From an uncultured Methanomicrobiaceae archaeon (GTDB lineage: Archaea > Halobacteriota > Methanomicrobia > Methanomicrobiales > Methanoculleaceae): a stretch of 64,000 nucleotides of DNA. Shown here one piece after another: positions 11,319 through 23,029 of the stretch. Below the pieces are notes generated by a model. That model was not told the DNA's origin, made no database searches, and saw nothing but the letters and a program-made list of their open reading frames with translations. Every line of letters begins with the position of its first letter. Position 1 is the stretch's first letter. Location of the stretch: positions 320,001 to 384,000 of the forward strand of contig CAWGXH010000003.1 of assembly GCA_963826525.1 (NCBI GenBank). The letters run 5' to 3'. Made by a program: the position numbers and the translations under genes.

Positions 11319-11570
11319 ATGTCTACAAAGGACCGTATTCGGGAGAAGTACAACGAAACCCAGCGTAAAATCCTGTATCATCTGAAATCCGGTATGAAAA
11401 CGGGGAAGTCGTACTTCAAGTCCAAATATATCGCGAAAGATCTCGGTCTTTCGCCAAAAGAAGTCGGCATCAACCTTGCGATCCTCTCGGAGATCTGTGA
11501 TGAGCTCGATATCACGCGCTGGAGTTACTCAAACAGCACCACGTGGCGGGTGACCTCCCGGGCATCATAA
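11319..11570 (+). CDS. Conserved archaeal small winged-HTH protein (DUF7123-like)
   Basis: YFKSKYIAKDLGLSPKEVG...WSYSNSTTWRV; AT-rich promoter upstream. Confidence 0.75.
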   Translation: MSTKDRIREKYNETQRKILYHLKSGMKTGKSYFKSKYIAKDLGLSPKEVGINLAILSEICDELDITRWSYSNSTTWRVTSRAS

Positions 11571-11600
11571 TATTAATGGCATAAGTTCCTATTTTTCTCC

Positions 11601-11786
11601 ATGAAAGTTGTCGACTTTGTAGCACCGGTTGAGTTTGTTGCAGACATCAACGAAGAGAAAGACTGCCTCATGTCCCAGGACAAGATAAGCGGCGGCCAGA
11701 ATGATCTCTGGTTCAACATCGACGTCCCGAAAGGCCACGGAGTGAAGGCGGGAGACCGCGTCCGCATCACCATCGAGAAGGTCTGA
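11601..11786 (+). CDS. Small hypothetical beta-rich protein
   Basis: 61-aa ORF with host codon usage, ending GDRVRITIEKV. Confidence 0.65.
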   Translation: MKVVDFVAPVEFVADINEEKDCLMSQDKISGGQNDLWFNIDVPKGHGVKAGDRVRITIEKV

Positions 11787-11862
11787 TCCCAAAACCGGGC
11801 AGACCTAAAATCGGCCTGCCTTCCTCGCTCATGCTCCGCGATCTGCGCCTGCCGGGAGTGTC

Positions 11863-12431
11863 TCAAGGCTGATGACATACCGGTCTACGTTCTCGCACCC
11901 GACGATCAGGTAGTAGGTGCCGTCGCTGGTCTGGACGTTCTTTATGATCGTGCCCGGGTAACGAAGACTCGGCTCCTTCGACGATGCCGCCCGTCTCCGC
12001 ATCGATGAGAGCCATCCGGAACAGCGCAGCCTGCGGCCGTATATCGGCAGAGACCGTGCAGTTCATCCGCCATACGGGGGATGGTACCGAGAACACTTCT
12101 GTCACGCCGCCGTCCGATCCCTCGACGTAGGCGAAGGGAACCGTGCGGTTTGTCTTCCAGGGGATATCGGAACCGCCGAACGAACTCAGGTTGGACGGAA
12201 GGTAGTACCGGGGTACTTGCGATAGTCGGCCTCATACGCGATTCTCTGCGGCCCAGGGGCGGTGGTCGCCATGGGCGTTATGCCGGGATTGCCGGGGGTG
12301 GGTGTCGGGCCAGAGATCACTGCAGGTTCGGTCTGGTCTGCCGGGATATCGGATGCCTGGCCGAAGACAACCGCTACGACGGCGACGACCGCCAGTGCCG
12401 CGAGAATACTAAAGAGATCCCACTTATCCAC
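11863..12431 (-). CDS. Membrane-anchored hypothetical protein (several frameshifts)
   Basis: N-terminal TM helix (MDKWDLFSILAALAVVAVV) and Pro/Thr linker; continues into the 11863-12105 ORF. Confidence 0.5.
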
Positions 12432-12599
12432 TAAATATGAATAATCCGGGCATTTTGAAATAGGTTTCGCATCGTGAGCGATTAACGCCGTCCGTGCATC
12501 CGAAGCACCGATTGCATAGCCGCGTATCTGTTTCCCGGGAATAAGCGGGCAGAAAAGAATTGTTTATATACGGCCAACTGGATACTGTCCTGATAGACT

Positions 12600-12860
12600 A
12601 TGGATATGCCGGAGGTACGCACATGGGTGATCTTTTACCTTCTCTCATTTGTCGTACTGCTGGTGGCACTCTTCCTCACGACCCAGGAGAGCGGGCAGCT
12701 CTGGATCAGCCTTACGCTCATCATCATCGTCGTCGGGATCAACTTCACGATGCTCTTTTCGGAACTGAAGCGGCAGAAGGAGAGGAGAGAACTCATGAAG
12801 AAACTATCCGGAACTGAAGGCACCCCATCGTGTATCGATGCCACCGGGCGCAGGTGGTGA
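12600..12860 (+). CDS. Small two-TM membrane protein
   Basis: Two hydrophobic helices followed by a basic tail. Confidence 0.65.
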   Translation: MDMPEVRTWVIFYLLSFVVLLVALFLTTQESGQLWISLTLIIIVVGINFTMLFSELKRQKERRELMKKLSGTEGTPSCIDATGRRW

Positions 12861-13456
12861 GACGTCTGGTCGACGATTCCCTCCTCCCGCCGCATGTCCG
12901 TGAACGGGAGTACTGGAGACAGTACCGGGCAATGCGCACGATGATCGTGCGTCTCACCTCGCAGCACGAACTGGTGCGGCAGATCAGGGGAGAGCCGGCG
13001 ATCCCGGCGCAGGTGCAGGAGACTGCGGTGAAAGCGCTCTCTGCCGATATCGAAGAGACCCGGCATATCTTCGGTGAGGTGCTCGAAACGCTCATCACGA
13101 CCGGCATGCAGACCGCACACGCCCTCGACATCGAGACCGCGGTGACGATACCCCCCGACTCCGATCTCATCGAGGTGCTCGAGTGCCTGCTCTGGGTAGA
13201 CGGCACACCGGAGCGGATTGTACCGGAGATCGGCAGTGCTCTCGTCGCTTTCGGGATACGGCAGGGTCACGGCACTCCTATGCGAGCGCTCCTTGAATTT
13301 TACCAGACCGAAGAGGTCCGGTACGACAGGCTCCTCGAAGGCTCTCTTGAACGCTGTTCTCTGCAGATCATGCAGGAGATCTATCCCGCAAAGCAGTATC
13401 GCATCCGGATGAGACTGCCGGCGGAGGCCCTGATCGGGCGCGGCATCCTCTCGTAG
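12857..13456 (+). CDS. Hypothetical protein
   Basis: GTGA overlap with the upstream stop; host-like codon usage. Confidence 0.6.
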   Translation: MRRLVDDSLLPPHVREREYWRQYRAMRTMIVRLTSQHELVRQIRGEPAIPAQVQETAVKALSADIEETRHIFGEVLETLITTGMQTAHALDIETAVTIPPDSDLIEVLECLLWVDGTPERIVPEIGSALVAFGIRQGHGTPMRALLEFYQTEEVRYDRLLEGSLERCSLQIMQEIYPAKQYRIRMRLPAEALIGRGILS

Positions 13457-13514
13457 ACCGGATCAGGTTCTTCGGAAAGTATCGGGATGCTGGCTGCCAT
13501 GGAAAAGGAGGGGT

Positions 13515-14333
13515 CTAAGATACCTTTTTGGTCAGGATCTTCTGCGTACTGTTGTAGGGGGAGAAGAGGTGCTCGACCTCCCGGCCTAGATACTCCGTCT
13601 TTCCCATGATGTAGTATCCGTCGGATAGCAGGGCACTGTGGAACATACGGGCAAGGTCGTTCTTCTGCTTCTCCGAGAAGTATATCGTGACGTTTCTGCA
13701 GCTGATGACGTCGACGTAGCGGATGGCGGGTATATCGCTCATCAGATCGTGGTGCCTGAACTTGACGAGGTCTTTGATATGCGGCTTGACCTCGAACATG
13801 CCGTCGTCCCGGGCGATAAAGTGCTTGCGAAGTTCCCGTTCGCCGACGTGTTCGACGGCCCTTCGGTCGTACACGCCCCCCGCCGCTTTTTTGAGCACTT
13901 CCCGATCGATATCCGTCGCGTAGATCGTGACGCCGGCACCCGGCCGCGCTGCGAGGAGGTCGTGTGCGAGTATGGCAAACGAGTACGGCTCTTCTCCCGT
14001 TGCACACCCGGCGCACCATATCCTGATGGTGCCCTTCTTCTGGAGGAGCGAGGAGAGGATCTCCTGACGGAGAACCGCATACACCTCCGGGTCGCGGAAG
14101 AACCTCGTGACGTTTATGGTGAGAGCGTTCCTGAGCAGGTCGACCTCCTGCGGGGTCGCCAGAAGATACTTGTGGTATTCTTCATAACTCTCGTTCTTCG
14201 TGAGGCGCATCCGGGAGAGAATTCGCCGTTTGATATAGTCTTCCTTGTAGCTTGAGCACCGGATCTGAACCAGTTTCTCAATACTTCGCTGGAGCGATGA
14301 AAATGCATCCATGTGCTGTCTGTCGTCCCCCAT
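13515..14333 (-). CDS. cheR: Chemotaxis methyltransferase CheR
   Basis: LTINVTRFFRD, WCAGCATGEEPYS, ATDID, CRNV.IYF and GKTE motifs. Confidence 0.95.
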   Translation of the reverse strand: MGDDRQHMDAFSSLQRSIEKLVQIRCSSYKEDYIKRRILSRMRLTKNESYEEYHKYLLATPQEVDLLRNALTINVTRFFRDPEVYAVLRQEILSSLLQKKGTIRIWCAGCATGEEPYSFAILAHDLLAARPGAGVTIYATDIDREVLKKAAGGVYDRRAVEHVGERELRKHFIARDDGMFEVKPHIKDLVKFRHHDLMSDIPAIRYVDVISCRNVTIYFSEKQKNDLARMFHSALLSDGYYIMGKTEYLGREVEHLFSPYNSTQKILTKKVS

Positions 14334-14376
14334 CGTGGCGCACTGTACGGTGTGTTGGAAAATCCCTGCAGAGTGG

Positions 14377-14853
14377 TTACGTGTTCCGGTATCCGTCAAC
14401 GCTGCTGATGACTTTTAAGATGTCTACCCAGATAACGAGACCTTTTCCCTTCTCCGAATCATCAGTCCCGCTCTTGATGATGCCCTTCACGAACGAACCG
14501 ATGTTCGACGATATGCCGTCGCTCATCTTCTCGACGTCCTTGTCCTGGATCTGGATCACACTGTGAACGTCGTCGACGATGATGCCGACGTTCGCTCCGC
14601 CGGTTGCTTCGGGGATCAGGACGACTATCTTCTGGCTCTCGGCGATCTGGCTGTCCGCAAGCCCGAGGAGGTTCTTCAGGTTGATGATATTCGTGATCTC
14701 GCCCCGGAGGTTGATGATGCCGGCGAGGTAGTGAGGGGCGCGGGGAAGGGGAGTGATCGGCATCATCTCCACGATCTCCCGGGCTATCTGGATGTCGAGG
14801 GCGTAGTGTTCCGCCCCCAGTTGAAATTCTACCACATCGATGGTGTTTGTCAT
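14377..14853 (-). CDS. cheW: Chemotaxis coupling protein CheW
   Basis: VREIV-type motif, ITPLPRAP..GIINLRGEI, GIIVDDV. Confidence 0.95.
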   Translation of the reverse strand: MTNTIDVVEFQLGAEHYALDIQIAREIVEMMPITPLPRAPHYLAGIINLRGEITNIINLKNLLGLADSQIAESQKIVVLIPEATGGANVGIIVDDVHSVIQIQDKDVEKMSDGISSNIGSFVKGIIKSGTDDSEKGKGLVIWVDILKVISSVDGYRNT

Positions 14854-14863
14854 GGTAGATACC

Positions 14864-17800
14864 TCAGTTCAGACTGAACCGTTCCATCATCTTCTTGAGT
14901 TGTTCCGCCATCACTGCAAGTTCGTGCGATGCGCTGCCGACCTCCTGCGTCGACGCACTGACCTCTTCGGCAAGGGCGGCCATATCCTCGGTCCTTCCCA
15001 TATTCTCCTTGTTCATGTGGGTCGAGTCTTCCATATTCTGCATGACGTGGTTGGTGGAGTTTGCCTGGTCCTCGGCAGCTTTCGTGATCTCCGTGATACC
15101 GTGGGCAACCACTTCCGCCTCGTCGATGATCCGGTTCAGGGCATCGATCGCCTTATTGACGCTCTCGATACCCGCCTGGATCTCGTTGTGCGACGACCGC
15201 ATCGACCCTGCCGTCTTGTCGCTGCTGGCCTGGATCGACAGGATCATATTCGCGATATCCTGGCTTGCACCTTTTGACTCTCCTGCAAGGTTTCTGATCT
15301 CTCCGGCAACCACCGCAAAGCCCCGGCCGTGTTCGCCGGCCCTCGCGGCCTCGATGGCGGCGTTCAGTGCGAGCAGGTTCGTCTGGTTGGCGATATCGGT
15401 GATCAGTTTGACGATGTTGTTGATCTCCCGCATCTGCACATTCAGATCGGTGATCTCCTTCACGCTCTGCTCTGAGATCTCCTCCACATACTGCATCTTC
15501 TTCGTGGCGATCTGTCCGAGGGCGGCAGCATCGTTCCCTTCCTTTGCGGCCTTCGATGCGTGGTCCATGACCTCCTGGGAGGTGCTTGCGATCTCTTCGA
15601 TGGATGCCGAGAGGTCGGTGATCTCCTGGCCTATCTCCTCGATCTTCTCGAGCTGCCGCCGGGCGTCCTCGCTCGACTGCTGCGTGGAGAGTGCCACCTG
15701 CTCGGTTGCCCGGATGATCTCGTCCGAGCTCCTGCTCACCTCCTTTGTGGTCTGCTCGACCTGCTCGGCGGCCTTGACCACTTCCTTGAGGAGTGCCCGG
15801 ATGGCGGTGGCGGATGCGTTATAGTCCTCCTTCACCCTCTTGAGCGGGTCGTTCGCCCCAACCGTGACGGATGCGGTCAGGTTTCCCTGGGCCATCGCAC
15901 TCAGCGCCTCGCCGAGTTCTTCCGCACTCCGGGCGAGGACTGCATTCTCCTCCTGTGCAGTCTCCATAAGCTGCCGGATCTGCTGCTCTTTCTCCCGCTG
16001 CTCCGTGATATCGAGGTAGATGTAGAAGGCGACGTCGATCTTTCCGTATTTATCGAAGATCGGGATTCCGTAGAGGATAAGGAACTTCTTCACGCCGTCC
16101 GGCCAGGTGACCAGCATCTCCGATACGGATAGTTTTCCCTTCTCATAGCAGGCGTAGAAGTCGTCGCCGGAGAGCACCTTGATGTTAAAGTCGGAGAGCT
16201 TCTTGGCCATCAGCTCGTCCCGGGTGCCTCGCCATACCTGCTCGTACGTCTTGTTGATGTCGATCCGCTTCTTCTCCTTATCGAGCACGGCGATGGCGAG
16301 CGGGTTATTCTTGATCATCGTCTCGACGCGGTGCTGTGCGGCCTGGGACTCGTCCATCTTCTCGTGGAGATCCGTCCAGTCGTTCCAGACGTAGAAGGCC
16401 ATCTCTATCTCGCCGTTCCTGTCGAGGATCGGGATGGCGTTCAGGGTCAGGTACTTCCGCACACCGTCGGGCCACTTGACGCGGACATTCGTCGTCGCCC
16501 GCTTCTTCGTCTCGTAGCAGGCGTAGAAGTGGTCGCCGTCGAGAACCTCGATGTCGTAGTCGTAGAGTTTCTTTGCAATCGTCTCTTCGCGGGTTCCGCG
16601 CCACATCCGGGCATACTCGTCGTTGATGTCGATCCGGCTCTTGTCGGCGCGCAGAACGGCGATCGCAAGCGGGTTTTCCTTGATCATCGTGTCGTTCCGC
16701 TGCTGTACCTTCTTGACCTCCTCCATCTTCTCGTGAAGATCCGTCGTGTCGTTCCAGACGTAGAAGGCCATCTCTATCTCGCCGTTCTTATCGAGGATGG
16801 GGATGGCGTTCAGGGTCAGGTACTTCCGGACGCCGTCGGGCCACTTGACGCGGACGTTCGTGGTCGCCCGCTTCTTCGTCTCGTAGCAGGCGTAGAAGTG
16901 GTCGCCGCTGAGAACCTCGATGTCGTAGTCGTAGAGTTTCTTTGCAATCGTCTCTTCGCGGGTTCCGCGCCACATCCGTGAGTACTCGTCGTTGATGTCA
17001 ATCCTGCTCTTGTCTGCCCGCAGGACCGCGATGGCGAGCGGGTTTTCCTTGATCATCGTGTCGACGCGGTGCTGTACGGCTGTGGTCTCGTTCATCTTCT
17101 CGTGAAGATCCGTCGTGTCGTTCCAGACGTAGAAGGCCATCTCTATCTCGCCGTTCGTATCGAGGATGGGGATGGCGTTCAGGGTCAGGTACTTCCGCAC
17201 ACCGTCGGGCCACTTGACGCGGACGTTCGTGGTCGCCCGCTTCTTCGTCTCGTAACAGGCGTAGAAGTGGTCGCCGCTGAGAACTCTCGATGTCGTAGTC
17301 GTAGAGCTTCTTTCGCAATCGTCTCTTCGCGGGTTCCGCGCCACATCCGTGAATACTCGTCGTTGATATCGATCCTGCTCTTGTCTGCCCGAGGACGGCG
17401 ATCGCGAGCGGGTTCTCCTTGATCATCGTGTCGACGCGGTGCTGCATCCGCCTGATCTCTTCCTCCTCTTTGCGGAGGCTCGGTGATGTCGTTGTAGACG
17501 TTCAGGAGAGCGCTGAGTTCGCCCTTCTCGTTCAGGATGGGAATGCCGTGCTGCTCGAGGGTGATAGGTTCCGGCCGGAAACTCGACGACGATCTCTCCA
17601 AGCGAGCGCTGTTTCTGGACGATGGCCTTCTTGATGCCGTCACCGCTTCTTCGACAGAATCTTGAAATCCCGAAGAGACATCGCCATTATCCGTTCGCGT
17701 GGAATACCGCTGAGTTTGACGAAGGCTTCATTGGTGATCGTCACGCCGAACTCTTTATCGACGACGAGCATCGGCATCGGGTTCTGCTCGATGAGCACCT

Positions 17801-18470
17801 CCGTCTGTTTCTGAAGGCCGGTGATCTCGGCCATCTGCGCCTTCAGTTCCTCTTCTTCCTCCCGCAGTTTCGTCACGTCGTTGTAGACGATCATGATCCG
17901 GTCAAGCTCGCCCTTCTCGTCGAGGATGGGGATGCCGTACTGCTCGAGGGTGAACGTGCCGGACGGGAACTCGACGACGACCTCGCCGAACGCTTTCTTC
18001 TTCTCGGCGATCACCCTTTTGATCCCGTCGCCCTTCTGCGAGACGATAGTAAAGTCCCGGAGCGCCATCTGCATGACCCGCTCGCGCGGAATACCGGTGA
18101 GTTTGACGAAGGCCTCGTTCGTGACCGAGACGCGGTACTGCTGGTCGACGACGAGCATCGGCATCGGGTTCTGCTGGATGATCTCATCCGAGCTCTTCCG
18201 GAGATTCTCGATCGTCTGCATGCCGTGCTGTATCTCTTCCTCCTCTTCCGCCACCTTCTCGAGGAGCGCGTTGACGGAGGCTGCGAACGGCTTATAGAAC
18301 TCCGGAATGCCCGAGAGATCGATTCGCGCGGAGAAGTCTCCGTCGATTGCCGCCTGTAAGGCCGTCTCGACGACCGGAGGGATCTCCGCGGGCGATCCTG
18401 CCTTCGGCATTCCGTTCGCGCCGGAAACGGCTCCGGTGAACAGCGCTTTTCTTCCTGGTTTGTCAGTCAT
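14864..18470 (-). CDS. Soluble methyl-accepting chemotaxis protein with six PAS domains (frameshifts 17280-17650)
   Basis: [37 protein letters not shown] signalling tip; repeated NP(L/M)-starting PAS units; no TM helix. Confidence 0.9.
16340..17440 (-). repeat. Three near-identical 369-bp tandem PAS-coding repeats
   Basis: TTCCAGACGTAGAAGGCCATCTCTATCTCGCCG occurs at 16383, 16752 and 17121 (period 369). Confidence 0.9.
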
Positions 18471-18491
18471 ACTCTTTCATCCTCTGTGGTA

Positions 18492-19350
18492 TCAGTCCCA
18501 ACTCTTTATGGCGGACGCAATGGTGCGGTACGTTTCCGCGGCGTCGCTATCGGGTGCATAGTGCGATATGGGGAGTCCCCGCTGCTGCGTCTCGTAGATC
18601 CGCGGCGAGTACGGGACGGTGAAGACCTGTTTGAACTGCTTCTTGACTTCATTCTCAAGGGCAATCAGCCGTTTCCGCTCTTTTTCGTCGTCGGGGGATG
18701 ACCGGGGCCCGAAGAGACGCTTGATAAAGAGAGCAAGCCCTCCGGCGGCGGGCTCTTCCCTGCCCGACTCTGTCCAGCGTGTCAGGATTGCAACGTCGGT
18801 CTCGATTCTGGCGCCGAGGAGGTCTCCCATGTCTTCGAAGATCGTGGAGAGTGTCCCTATTCCCTTGAGCGCGAATGTGCCGGGATCGAGCGTTACGATG
18901 GTGTGATCCGCAGCAACGAGCCCGTTGATGACGAACTGGCCCATACTCGGCGGCGTATCGATCAGAATATAGTCGTACGCGGGCACGACCGCAGCCAGCA
19001 GTTCCTTAAGGATGCCGGCACGGTCCTCGATGTTGTAGAGATACGGTTCGACCCCGACGAGATCCAGCGTTGCGGGTGCGAGATCGATACCTGCCTCCGT
19101 CGTGACGATGATATCCGGGACGGTAACGTCCGGAAAACCCTCGAAGACTCCCATGAAGGCGTCATACATACTCCGTTCAAGAGAGTCGGGATCGATGCCG
19201 AGGCCTACCGTGGCGTTTGCCTGCGGATCGCAGTCGACGACGAGTACTTTCTTCCCGTCCTGCTGAAGAAACCCTGCAATGTTAATGCACGATGTCGTTT
19301 TGCCAGTCCCACCTTTATGATGGGCGAACGCTACAATGGTAATGCTAGCA
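18492..19350 (-). CDS. ParA/Soj-family ATPase (start uncertain)
   Basis: HHKGGTGKTT deviant Walker A, VDCDPQANAT, YILIDTPPS. Confidence 0.88.
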
Positions 19351-19593
19351 CCCCTGCTACGTCTATTTGCAATATGTATTCTTAAATCTATTTTTTTAGA
19401 CCGCACCCCTGCGCTGCCGAATTTTGGATTTCCGTATACCAGACCTCCAGAATCATCCGAAATATCTCTGCGGGAGGTTCCCGGCGGGATGACGCGACCG
19501 GTTCACGGGTCAGTCCGGGATTCATCGTATCGATCTCCCGCCGCCGAATCTATTTAGTAAGGAATAACTGGCTCTCTGGTATACACTCAACTA

Positions 19594-19944
19594 ATGTCCC
19601 ACAAAACTACGGTCTTCTGCATCCTGCTCCTCTTCGCAGTCATCGGAGTTGCCGGATGCCTCGGCACCGGTTTCGGTGACCTGACCTACGACGGCGAGGC
19701 GCTCCATGTTCAGGTCGAGAGCTCCCGTAACGCGACCGACGCCGTTCTTCAGGTCACCCTGACCGAGATCGACGGGTTTGAACAGCGGCAGATCTTCTCG
19801 GAGGCCACGTATGTCGATCTCGCGGCGGGAACGAACGAGTATACTGTCCCCGTCGAGCTCGCGCCGGGAACCTATCGGGTCTACCTCTACCTCTTCATCG
19901 GCGACGAGCGTGGAGCCTCCGTGATCCGCGACCTGCAGGTGTGA
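19594..19944 (+). CDS. Putative lipoprotein with Ig-like fold
   Basis: Hydrophobic N-terminus with VAGC lipobox; LAPGTYRVY. Confidence 0.7.
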   Translation: MSHKTTVFCILLLFAVIGVAGCLGTGFGDLTYDGEALHVQVESSRNATDAVLQVTLTEIDGFEQRQIFSEATYVDLAAGTNEYTVPVELAPGTYRVYLYLFIGDERGASVIRDLQV

Positions 19945-19950
19945 TCCGGC

Positions 19951-21607
19951 GTGCGCCGTGAAGGATTATCAGTAGCCCGTGGGCTTTTGCCCGCGGACAC
20001 GGTTTTTACGAACTGCGAGATCTACAACCCTTTTGCGTGTGGCTTTGAGTCTACCTCGCTTGCGGTACAGGACGGGCTCGTCGCAGGGCTTGGCGACTAC
20101 GCCGGACGCGAGGAGATCGATCTCGGCGGCTCACTGGTCGTCCCCGGGCTGATCGATGCCCACGTTCACATCGAGAGTTCGCTGCTGACGCCGGCAGAGT
20201 TCGCCCGGCTCGTCCTCCGCCACGGGACGACGACGGTGGTGACCGATCCGCACGAGATCGCAAACGTCTGCGGGGCGGCGGGGATCGAGTATATCCTCCG
20301 GGAGAGCGCCGAAACGTCCCTTGACGTCCTGGTGATGCTCCCGTCCTGCGTCCCCGCAACACCGTTCGATATGGGCGGGGCGAGCCTCTCGGCGGACGAT
20401 CTCCGCGAGTTCTGCGGCCAGGGCCGCGTCATCGGCCTTGCGGAGATGATGAATGTTCCCGGCGTTCTCGCGGCCGATCCGGAGATCGAGCGGAAACTCG
20501 ACCTCTGCGAGATCGTCGACGGGCATGCCCCGCTGCTCACCGGAAAGGACCTGAACGCCTACGTCTACGCAGGGATTACAAGCGATCACGAGTGCACGCT
20601 CCTTGCGGAAGCGCGGGAGAAACTCCGCCGGGGCATGTACATCATGCTGCGCGAAGGCTCGACGGAACGAAACCTGGCCGAGCTCCTGCCGGTCGTTACC
20701 GGCTGCACGTCATCGCGGTGCTGTTTTGCGACCGACGACCGGCATGCCGATATGCTGCTCGCCGCGGGGCATATCGACGACTGCATCAGGAAGGCCGTCG
20801 CGCAAGGGTGCGAGATTGAGATCGCGCTCCGGATGGCCACGCTCTCCGCCGCGGAACGTTTCGGGCTCCACGACCGGGGGGCTCTTGCTCCCGGCAGGCT
20901 TGCGGACTTCTGCGTCGTCGACGACCTCGCATCGTTCCGGGTGAGCCGGACGTTCAAACGGGGGATCGAGGTTATCGACCCGGGTTACCGGGTTCCCGCC
21001 GCGATTCGGCGCCCGCTGGTGGCAGTCCCGCCCGATGCCGATACGCTCCGGATATCCGGCAGCGGCAGCGCACGCGTTATCGGCCTCGTCGAAGGCCAGA
21101 TCATCACCGAGGATCTCCGCTTCGAGGTGAACGGCGATCTGATCCCCGATACCGACCGGGATATCCTGAAAGCCGTCGTCACCGACCGCTACCGCGGCAA
21201 GGGGTCGGGCGTCGGGCTCGTTCACGGCTTTTCTCTCACCGAGGGGGCGCTCGCAAGCAGCGTCTCGCACGATTCCCACAACATCGTTGCGGTCGGTGTC
21301 GACGACGCCGATATCATCGGAGCGATCGCGAGAGGTGATCCGGCTCGGCGGGGGAATGGCGGTGGTCGACGGCGAATCGGTCACGACGCTGCCGCTCGAA
21401 TGCGCGGGGCTGATCTCGACCCTCCCGTATACGGAGGTGGCGGAGAGGCTCGGGAAGCTCGAAGAGCACGCACGAAGCCTGAACGCGGTTCAGAGCCCGT
21501 TCATGTACCTCTCGTTCCTCGCGCTGACCGTGATCCCGCACCTGCGGGTGACGGAACGGGGCGTCTTCGACGTCGTGGCTTTCTCCGACGTCCCGCTCTT
21601 CGTCTGA
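19951..21607 (+). CDS. ade: Adenine deaminase (frameshift near 21330)
   Basis: DAHVHIESS, DPHEIANV, LAEMMN, DGHAP, SDHE, REGS, TDDRH and HDSHN motifs. Confidence 0.93.
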
Positions 21608-21664
21608 TCGGCTAAACCCCTCCCTCTTTTCAGAATACGGCGATTACCACCGCTCCGGCGGCCA

Positions 21665-21955
21665 TCAGAACAGCTCCCCCGCCCGGGTGCCGGCATCTCC
21701 CTCGCCGAAGAGGCGTCCGCCGATGACGACCGTGATAAGGATGCTCAGCCGTTTCATTGCGATCACGTAGGGCACGATCTGCACGGCGAGGGAGATATCC
21801 GTCGTCCGGAACGCCCGGTAGTAGAGGGCTGCTGCGACGGTATTCACCCCCGCCGCGAGAATGCCGGCATCGGTATCCCCGACGTACCGCTTCACGAGCA
21901 GGTAGTACGCCGCGTCGAGCAGCGCGCCTGCGAGGGCAAAGATGACCCAGTCCAT
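21665..21955 (-). pseudogene. Internally deleted EamA/DMT transporter remnant
   Basis: 96 aa joining the DMT N-terminus, a YYRA..TDISL segment and the C-terminal YVIAMKRLSIL...FGE. Confidence 0.55.
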
Positions 21956-21994
21956 CGCGGCCGCACTGAGCGGCCAACGGTATATACCTCTTCT

Positions 21995-22772
21995 TCACCG
22001 GCCGGGGCGCCTCATAATCTGAAGCCCGATCTGACCCGGGGCGATGAGAAAGATGCAGAGGAGGATTATCGGCTGGTGGAGGAAGTAGATGAGCGAGCGA
22101 GTGGCGGCCGAGGTATGCGAGCGGGCGTGCACCATACGGCTCCGCGAACTCTGCACGAAACCCTCGAACACCGCCCGGGTAGAACTTCTGCCCGAAGTAG
22201 AGCCCGAAGAGGACGAGGCCGAACCAGGGGAGGAGCGGGACGTAGTCGAGGCTGGTGAACGATGCGGGGTGTATGCCGAACCAGAGGAGCGGCCAGGGGC
22301 CCGTTATGCCGTTCGTGACGTATCCCGCGAGAAGAGCGGCAACGCCGAGGATGAGGTTCGCCGTCTCGAAACGCAGGAAGAAGGGGGCGAGCATGATGGC
22401 GATGCCGATGAAGTGAAGGATCCCAAAGACGATGTATCCCGACGGGAGGAAGAGCCAGGTTATCGCGGTGATGACAAGCCCGTAGCCGAAGATGGTAGCT
22501 CCCCGCCTGAGATACTTCCGGGTGAGCGCGGGTTCGTCGAGCCGCCTGCTCGTCCGGGCGTGGCTGATAGTGAGCGAGACGCCGACGAGGAAGACGAACG
22601 TCGATGCCGTGAGGTAGGCGACCATCCGCCAGAACCCGCTCGAGACGTTCACGGGAGCGACGCCGAAAAAGTTCAGATCGAAGACCGCGTGGAAGAGGAT
22701 CATCGCGACGACGGCGATGCCGCGGGCTGCGTCGATCTCCCAGTATCGCCCGGAAATCGGTGTCTCGGTCAT
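21995..22772 (-). CDS. DUF1624 (heparan-alpha-glucosaminide N-acetyltransferase-like) membrane protein (frameshift near 22095)
   Basis: EIDAARG.A...M..FH, FGILH, DYVPLLPW and GRHSL.IY..HQP motifs. Confidence 0.85.
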
Positions 22773-23029
22773 GGTTCCGTTAAAATGCGACCCGCCGTAT
22801 CTCGGCGCCGCATCGGGGGCACGATCGGAGTTCATCGATCTCCCGCACCTGCTCCTCGGTCGGCTGATTGTAGATCCGGGAGAATCCACAGGACTCGCTG
22901 CACTCGAGAACAATAAAGAGGCTGCATATTCTGCCCATATCCCGACACATCCTCGCCGCGAACGTTCCCCTGGTGTTCCGGCTAACCTATTCCGGTAGGC
23001 GTCCGGGGGTCATAAGCATAGTTGTGCTT

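Noticed and set aside
16340-17440. Diversity-generating retroelement template/variable repeat pair, or CRISPR array
   Set aside because: The repeats are in-frame PAS domains with mostly synonymous differences; no reverse transcriptase and no spacers
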